Positions 1 to 5,687 of a DNA stretch of 8,606 bases are shown here, piece by piece. A model generated the notes under the pieces. That model did no database searches. It was given only the letters and a program-made list of their open reading frames with translations, and was not told the origin of the DNA. Made by a program: the position numbers and the translations under genes. The stretch is taken from contig NW_013657592.1 of NCBI RefSeq assembly GCF_000142905.1, positions 1 to 8,606 on the forward strand, in the 5' to 3' direction. Source of the DNA: Thecamonas trahens ATCC 50062. Its lineage: Eukaryota > Protista > Apusomonadida. The stretch's first letter is position 1, and each line of letters opens with the position of its first letter.

Positions 1-2
1 CC

Positions 3-1781
3 CCAGGCCCCCGCACGGACAAGTCGTCATGCAAGCAGAGCTCGAGTGGTAAGAACTCATGCCATAGCACGCCTGCGCCGACTCCGTCCCCCACTCCGGC
101 TCCTACTCCGGCCCCGACGCCTGCGCCGACTCCGGCCCCCACTCCGGCTCCTACTCCAGCCCCGACGCCTGCGCCGACTCCGGCCCCCACTCCGGCTCCT
201 ACTCCAGCCCCGACTCCGGCCCCGACTCCGGCCCCCACTCCGGCTCCTACTCCAGCCCCGACCCTGCGCCGACTCCGGCCCCGACTCCGGCTCCGACTCC
301 GGCTCCGACTCCGGCCCCGACTCCGGCTCCGACTCCGGCTCCGACTCCGGCTCCGACCCCGGCTCCGACTCCGGCCCCGACTCCGGCCCCGACCCCTGCC
401 CCGACTCCGACTCCGGCCCCGACCCCAGGCCCGACTCCGGCCCCGACCCCAGGCCCGACTCCGGCTCCGACCCCGGCTCCGACCCCTGCCCCGACCCCGG
501 CCCCGACCCCAGGCCCGACCCCGGCTCCCACCCCTGCCCCGACCCCGGCTCCGACTCCAGGCCCGACCCCGGCGCCCACGCCAGGCCCGACTCCGGCGCC
601 CACCCCGGCGCCCACTCCGTCAACGGTGACCTGCGGCTTTGGCCAAGTGCCGAACCCGTCGTCAACCGCGTGTGTGGCGGCAACGATCGAGAGGATGACG
701 TGGACGGCGGCCGGGCTCAGCCGCGACGGCACGGCGACGCCGTCGACGCCTTTCTTCGCCGTGCTAAGCGTGCCGACTGGATCGGTGCGGCGCGGGCTGC
801 TCCAGGTCGGCGGGTCGGCTGTGACACTGTCGGCAACGCCTGCATCGACGCGTGCGGTGCTGGAGCTGGTTGTCGGCTACTCGCCGTCGACGTCGGACCG
901 GCTCGCCGCCAACGGACAGGCCGGTGAGCGGCAGTCGGTTGTCTTGGCCGACGCCGCCTCGCGTTCGACGTACTACGTCACTATCCGGTCGAACGAGCCG
1001 ACGTCGATCACGTTTGCAGCTGAAGCCGGCAACGCCGACAACGTCCAGGTCTCGGGCGCTAGCACGAGCGGTAGCTCAAGCTCGGGCATGCCTGTGTGGA
1101 TGTACGGCGCCATCGGCGCGGGCGTCGTCGTTCTCTGCGTCGCCGTGGCGATCGTGGTTGTCGTCCGTCGGCGCTCGTCGTCATCGGCCTTTGTCTACAC
1201 GGGCGACTCGTTCACGTCGGGCGTACAACACCACCGACACCATGCCGCTGGACACGTTCCCGGCGACTACTACAATGGGCCGAGTCTCGGAGCCGCCCAA
1301 GCCCATGTTCCCACCAGCGTCGGCGGCTGTCGAGCGGGTCCGCGCCAAGTACGCGTTCTCGGGCGCCAACCACGACGAACTCGACTTTAGCAAGGGCGAA
1401 ACCATCCTTGTCCACGTCATCCACGACGACGGTTGGGCGCTGGGCCAGATCGAAGGCTCGTCGCGCCGCGGCGTTTTCCCCTACAACTATGTCGAGCCGG
1501 CGCCAGCCGCCGCCGTTGTCGCCAAGCCGCCCCTCCGCCCGCTCCCGCTCTCCCGCGCGAGCCCGAGCCCGGGCTCCCGCCCGGGTCAGGTCTTTGCCGG
1601 TGATACGGTTGCCCCAGGCCCGTTCCGCTCGGCCGCCAAGTCGCAGACCGCGCCCAAGCCCCTGCCCAAGCCCTTGCCCAAGCCGCTGACCGCGCCCAAG
1701 CCGGCACCCAAGCCCCTGCCCAAGCCGGCACCCAAGCCCAAGCCTATGCTTGCGCCCAAGCCAGGCCAGCACCACTGGTAA
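3..1781 (+). CDS. 5'-partial single-pass membrane protein: Pro/Thr mucin-like stalk, Cys-pair motif, beta-rich extracellular domain, TM helix, cytoplasmic SH3 and Pro/Lys tail. Needs two frame corrections (~263 and ~1220).
   Basis: Frame 3 from base 3 reads [34 protein letters not shown] to ~262. The TPAP repeat continues in frame 2 from 263 into [17 protein letters not shown]...TYYVTIRS..., then a TM segment ([24 protein letters not shown], ~1094-1165) and an RRR stop-transfer. From ~1221 frame 3 carries the SH3 domain and PKP tail to TAA 1779-1781. Joining the three segments into one gene is inference. Confidence 0.72.
69..619 (+). repeat. Coding tandem repeat (12-nt unit ccgactccggcc-like) encoding (PTPA)n with PTPR variants; four higher-order 48-nt units at 71-262
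   Basis: Directly visible. The 48-nt units lie at 71-118, 119-166, 167-214 and 215-262. Confidence 0.95.
1329..1499 (+). other. SH3 domain coding segment
   Basis: [57 protein letters not shown] matches the SH3 hallmarks ALYDF / ELxFxxGxxI / GWW / GxFPxNYV. Confidence 0.95.
1653..1763 (+). repeat. Coding repeat (cccaagccc/g...) encoding a (PKPL/PKPA)n polyproline tail
   Basis: Translates as [37 protein letters not shown] immediately before the stop codon. Confidence 0.9.
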
Positions 1782-1944
1782 GCAGCCACGGATAAACCGT
1801 TTTCCCATACCGAATCTGCTGCCTTGTCAGCCTTGGTCGGCCATGGTGGTGCCCGCGACGCGACGGTCTGCCAAGTGGCGCGCCGAGTGGTGAGTGGAGC
1901 GGCCTCGGCGCCAGCTCCGGACACGCCTCTCTCTCTCCCTGAGG

Positions 1945-4900
1945 ATGCGCATCGTCACCTGCGCCGACACGGTGGCCGTATGGGAGCTTGACGCCCCACT
2001 CNNNNNNNNNNNNNNNNNNNNNNNNNNNNNNNNNNNNNNNNNNNNNNNNNNNNNNNNNNNNNNNNNNNNNNNNNNNNNNNNNNNNNNNNNNNNNNNNNNN
2101 NNNNNNNNNNNNNNNNNNNNNNNNNNNNNNNNNNNNNNNNNNNNNNNNNNNNNNNNNNNNNNNNNNNNNNNNNNNNNNNNNNNNNNNNNNNNNNNNNNNN
2201 NNNNNNNNNNNNNNNNNNNNNNNNNNNNNNNNNNNNNNNNNNNNNNNNNNNNNNNNNNNNNNNNNNNNNNNNNNNNNNNNNNNNNNNNNNNNNNNNNNNN
2301 NNNNNNNNNNNNNNNNNNNNNNNNNNNNNNNNNNNNNNNNNNNNNNNNNNNNNNNNNNNNNNNNNNNNNNNNNNNNNNNNNNNNNNNNNNNNNNNNNNNN
2401 NNNNNNNNNNNNNNNNNNNNNNNNNNNNNNNNNNNNNNNNNNNNNNNNNNNNNNNNNNNNNNNNNNNNNNNNNNNNNNNNNNNNNNNNNNNNNNNNNNNN
2501 NNNNATGTGTGTGTGTGTGTGTGTGTGTGTGTAGACCAATTCATTGCGTCTGGTGGTGGAGATGGCACCATTGCGCTATCGCATGCCTCTGGGGCTCTGC
2601 TCGGCACGCTGGTGTCCGACCCTGCTGGAGGCGCGGTCCTCGCTCTTGCCTTCTCGGCCGGCTCGCGGTATGTGGTGGCTGGTGGCATGGCACGGTCGGT
2701 CCAGGTGTGGGACCTGAAGACCAGAAGCATGGTCAAGAGCTTTGACGATGGCCATGCCCAGCAAGTCACCCGTATTGTGTTCACCCCGTCAGACAAGGCT
2801 GTGGTGTCGGGCGATGCTGCCGGTGTCCTCCTTGTCCACTCGCTCGTTCACTCGCGCGAGATGGCCCGCCTCGAGCCGCCGAGCCCGGCTGCTATCACTG
2901 ACATAGGCTTCTCGCCGTTCAAAAAGTCACTGCTGGCGGCGACGCATGACGATGGCTCGTTCCGACTGTGGAACGTGAGCTCGGGCGCGGAGCATGCCGT
3001 CTTTCCGGCGGCGCACGATGGACCGGCATCGGGCCTTGCCTTCTCACCGGTCAACCACCTGCTCTGCACCACAGTGGGACATGATAAGCGCATTGTGTTC
3101 TACGATGTGTTTGAGAAGAAGATCGTCAAGGTCATCCACGCCCCGGTCCCGCTCTCGTGCATCGCCTTTCTCGACGACGGCTTTACCCTCGTCGTCGGGA
3201 CGACTGCCGGCTCTGTCCTCGTCTACAACCTCAAGGCCCGCTCGTCGGCACCGGCCACCACACTCCAAGCCCATCCTGGGAGCTCTGTTGCTGCCATTGA
3301 CGTCGAGAACACGGTGTCGGGCAAGCGGAGCAGCGCGCGGCCCGGGGCTAGCGCCGGCGCCAGCGCGGCTCTGACTGCCGGCGGTGCCTCTGCCGGCCCT
3401 GCCACCGCGCCGGTTGCGTCCTCTGCGCCGCCGCCGGCTGCCCGTCGCGAGAGGGCGTCGCCGGCGCGGACGTCGGCGTACTCGGCGTATGCCAACATGG
3501 ACATGTTCTCGCCGCTCAAGGGCTCGGCGGCGCCGCGCGGAGCACGGACCTCACACTCGCCGCCGCGGCACGCTGGCTTGCCGCCGAGCCGGGCCGCTGT
3601 CGAACCACGGTCTCCACCTCACTCGCCGCCGCGCTCTCCGTCTGCTCCTGGCTCCCGTGGCATGCCGAGCACCTACACCGCGGCCGCATCCAAGATCCAG
3701 AACGCGCTGCAGTCGTACGCGTCGCCGGCCCGTGCACCTGAGGACGTCCCGGCGTCAGAGGCGTACGGCTACACCTCGCCAAGCTCGAGCCTGGTCTCAC
3801 CGTCTCGGCCGCGGAGGCGGGTCGGCTGCCCGATGCGGCATACCTGTGGGCACGACTGCCGGCTCTGTCCTCGTCTACAACCTCAAGGCCCGCTCGTCGG
3901 CACCGGCCACCACACTCCAAGCCCATCCTGGGAGCTCTGTTGCTGCCATTGACGTCGAGAACACGGTGTCGGGCAAGCGGAGCAGCGCGCGGCCCGGGGC
4001 TAGCGCCGGCGCCAGCGCGGCTCTGACTGCCGGCGGTGCCTCTGCCGGCCCTGCCACCGCGCCGGTTGCGTCCTCTGCGCCGCCGCCGGCTGCCCGTCGC
4101 GAGAGGGCGTCGCCGGCGCGGACGTCGGCGTACTCGGCGTATGCCAACATGGACATGTTCTCGCCGCTCAAGGGCTCGGCGGCGCCGCGCGGAGCACGGA
4201 CCTCACACTCGCCGCCGCANNNNNNNNNNNNNNNNNNNNNNNNNNNNNNNNNNNNNNNNNNNNNNNNNNNNNNNNNNNNNNNNNNNNNNNNNNNNNNNNN
4301 NNNNNNNNNNNNNNNNNNNNNNNNNNNNNNNNNNNNNNNNNNNNNNNNNNNNNNNNNNNNNNNNNNNNNNNNNNNNNNNNNNNNNNNNNNNNNNNNNNNN
4401 NNNNNNNNNNNNNNNNNNNNNNNNNNNNNNNNNNNNNNNNNNNNNNNNNNNNNNNNNNNNNNNNNNNNNNNNNNNNNNNNNNNNNNNNNNNNNNNNNNNN
4501 NNNNNNNNNNNNNNNNNNNNNNNNNNNNNNNNNNNNNNNNNNNNNNNNNNNNNNNNNNNNNNNNNNNNNNNNNNNNNNNNNNNNNNNNNNNNNNNNNNNN
4601 NNNNNNNNNNNNNNNNNNNNNNNNNNNNNNNNNNNNNNNNNNNNNNNNNNNNNNNNNNNNNNNNNNNNNNNNNNNNNNNNNNNNNNNNNNNNNNNNNNNN
4701 NNNNNNNNNNNNNNNNNNNNNNNNNNNNNNNNNNNNNNNNNNNNNNNNNNNNNNNNNNNNNNNNNNNNNNNNNNNNNNNNNNNNNNNNNNNNNNNNNNNN
4801 NNNNNNNNNNNNNNNNNNNNNNNNNNNNNNNNNNNNNNNNNNNNNNNNNNNNNNNNNNNNNNNNNNNNNNNNNNNNNNNNNNNNNNNNNNNNNNNNNNNN

Positions 4901-5136
4901 NNNNNNNNNNNNNNNNNNNNNNNNNNTCTGCCTTCCGCGACTCGATCCACCGCGACATTCAGAACCTCCACGTCGACATGCTGCGGCAGTTTCAGGTCCA
5001 GCAGGCCGAGATTGTGGCGCTGCTGGAAAAATACTCGTCGCGCGGCGCTGCAGCTGCCGCCGAGCCTGTGGCTTCCACAGCACCGCCGCCATCATCGGCT
5101 GTAGCCTCGTTTTTCCGCACCGTCTCTCAGCAGTGA
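1945..5136 (+). CDS. NEDD1: NEDD1 / GCP-WD (WD40 gamma-tubulin ring complex targeting protein). Visible coding parts: 1945-2001, 2535-~3810 and 4927-5136.
   Basis: ATG 1945 gives MRIVTCADTVAVWEL (cf. human LRFASSGDDIKIWD). The WD40 repeats contain NEDD1-diagnostic strings FSPFKKSLL, HDGPASGLAFSPVNHLLCTTVGHDKRIVFYD and VQVWDLKTR. The linker has DMFSPLK. The C-terminal gamma-tubulin-binding helix FRDSIHRDIQNLHVDMLRQFQVQQAEIVALLEKYS matches human FREACHRDIVNLQVEMIKQFHMQLNEMHSLLERYS. Stop TGA 5134-5136. The model is incomplete because of the gaps. Confidence 0.93.
2002..2504. other. Assembly gap (503 N), probably hiding the end of NEDD1 exon 1 and most of an intron
   Basis: Run of N. Only a short stretch of the NEDD1 first WD repeat is missing across it. 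Confidence 0.99.
2506..2532 (+). repeat. (TG)13 microsatellite at the 3' end of a NEDD1 intron, running directly into the TAG acceptor (AG 2533-2534)
   Basis: tgtg...gtag|ac caa ttc att gcg. NEDD1 homology resumes right after the AG (phase-1 junction). Confidence 0.85.
3852..4218 (+). repeat. 367-bp direct duplicate of 3200-3566 (offset 652), abutting a gap; likely misassembly
   Basis: acgactgccggctctgtcc...cactcgccgccgc appears identical in both copies by eye. The second copy is out of frame with the NEDD1 ORF and ends 1 nt before the N run. Confidence 0.93.
4220..4926. other. Assembly gap (707 N) within the NEDD1 linker
   Basis: Run of N. Confidence 0.99.
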
Positions 5137-5293
5137 AGCATGTGGTTATCGTCCCCGTCGTTCCTCGCTGACGCTACAGCCACAGCACGAGCGCCGGTTG
5201 CGACACATGCCGCTGCGAGCGGCCGCACACCAAAAGGACAGCATCATTGACTCGTGAATGCCAACTGGCCACTGTACGCCCCACAACACAGCC

Positions 5294-5575
5294 ATGTCCG
5301 CGCCGCCACCGTCCAAAGCCGAGTTTGCCGCAGAAAAGGCGCAGCTGATGATGCAGGTATGGGTTAAGAAGCTGACCGGAGCCGAGGTGGCGGTCCAGGT
5401 GGCCAAAATCGCCACCGTGGCTGAGCTCAGGCAAGCCGTGGCCGATGCTGGCGGACCCGTGGCCGACGTCCAGCGGATCATCTACGAGGGCCAACAGCTC
5501 GGCAATGATCAGTCGCTGGCAAATGCTGGCGTGGGCAATGAGGCGACGGTCCATGTGGTGCAGATGCTGCGCTGA
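5294..5575 (+). CDS. Small ubiquitin-like protein (93 aa: 19-aa N-terminal extension plus 74-aa Ubl domain) lacking the C-terminal diglycine
   Basis: ATG in gccATG context at 5294. Bases 5351-5572 encode MQVWVKKLTG...QRIIYEGQQL...EATVHVVQMLR, which aligns without gaps to ubiquitin 1-74 (25/74 identical by hand count). TGA 5573-5575. An upstream in-frame ATG at 5258 is also possible. Confidence 0.85.
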   Translation: MSAPPPSKAEFAAEKAQLMMQVWVKKLTGAEVAVQVAKIATVAELRQAVADAGGPVADVQRIIYEGQQLGNDQSLANAGVGNEATVHVVQMLR

Positions 5576-5687
5576 GCTGATGCAGGAGTGACCAGCCCGT
5601 CGCCGACGACCAGCAGTTCGGCAGCACGACCAAGGCGTGCATACAGTTGACAGGGGTGTTTGTTGAGAGGATATCAGGGGCCTCATC

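Noticed and set aside
49-67. Possible 19-nt micro-intron GTAAGAACTCATGCCATAG
   Set aside because: Frame 3 is open through it without splicing and the other introns here are much longer. It cannot be supported without transcripts.
71-262. 48-nt repeats resembling a CRISPR array
   Set aside because: Head-to-tail with no unique spacers, protein-coding, eukaryotic context, no cas genes.
46-927. Long alternative-frame and antisense ORFs over the repeat (RLRPPL/DSGP, GSGPES, silk-like GVGAGVGA)
   Set aside because: Shadows of the stop-free PTPA repeat. Only the TPAP reading connects to the downstream TM domain.
1877-1884. GGCGCGCC palindrome (E2F-like) upstream of NEDD1
   Set aside because: No T-run flank, and it is expected by chance at this GC content.
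3811-3952. Cys-rich ending RRRVGCPMRHTCGHDCRLC...WELCCCH as a zinc finger or lipidation tail
   Set aside because: Out-of-frame read-through into the duplicated, probably misassembled segment. The true NEDD1 C-terminus is at 4927-5136.
1744-5171. ORFs spanning N runs, including VCVCVC/HTHTHT peptides
   Set aside because: Artefacts of translating through gaps and the TG microsatellite.
5133-5179. CTGAC...TACAG branch/acceptor-like motif suggesting a NEDD1-Ubl fusion or an extra NEDD1 exon
   Set aside because: The nearest donor (GTGAAG) is weak, and that splice neither joins the Ubl frame nor restores the NEDD1 coiled coil.
5354-5362. CAG|GTATGG donor-like site in the Ubl gene
   Set aside because: The unspliced sequence aligns without gaps to ubiquitin strand beta-1; splicing would break the fold.
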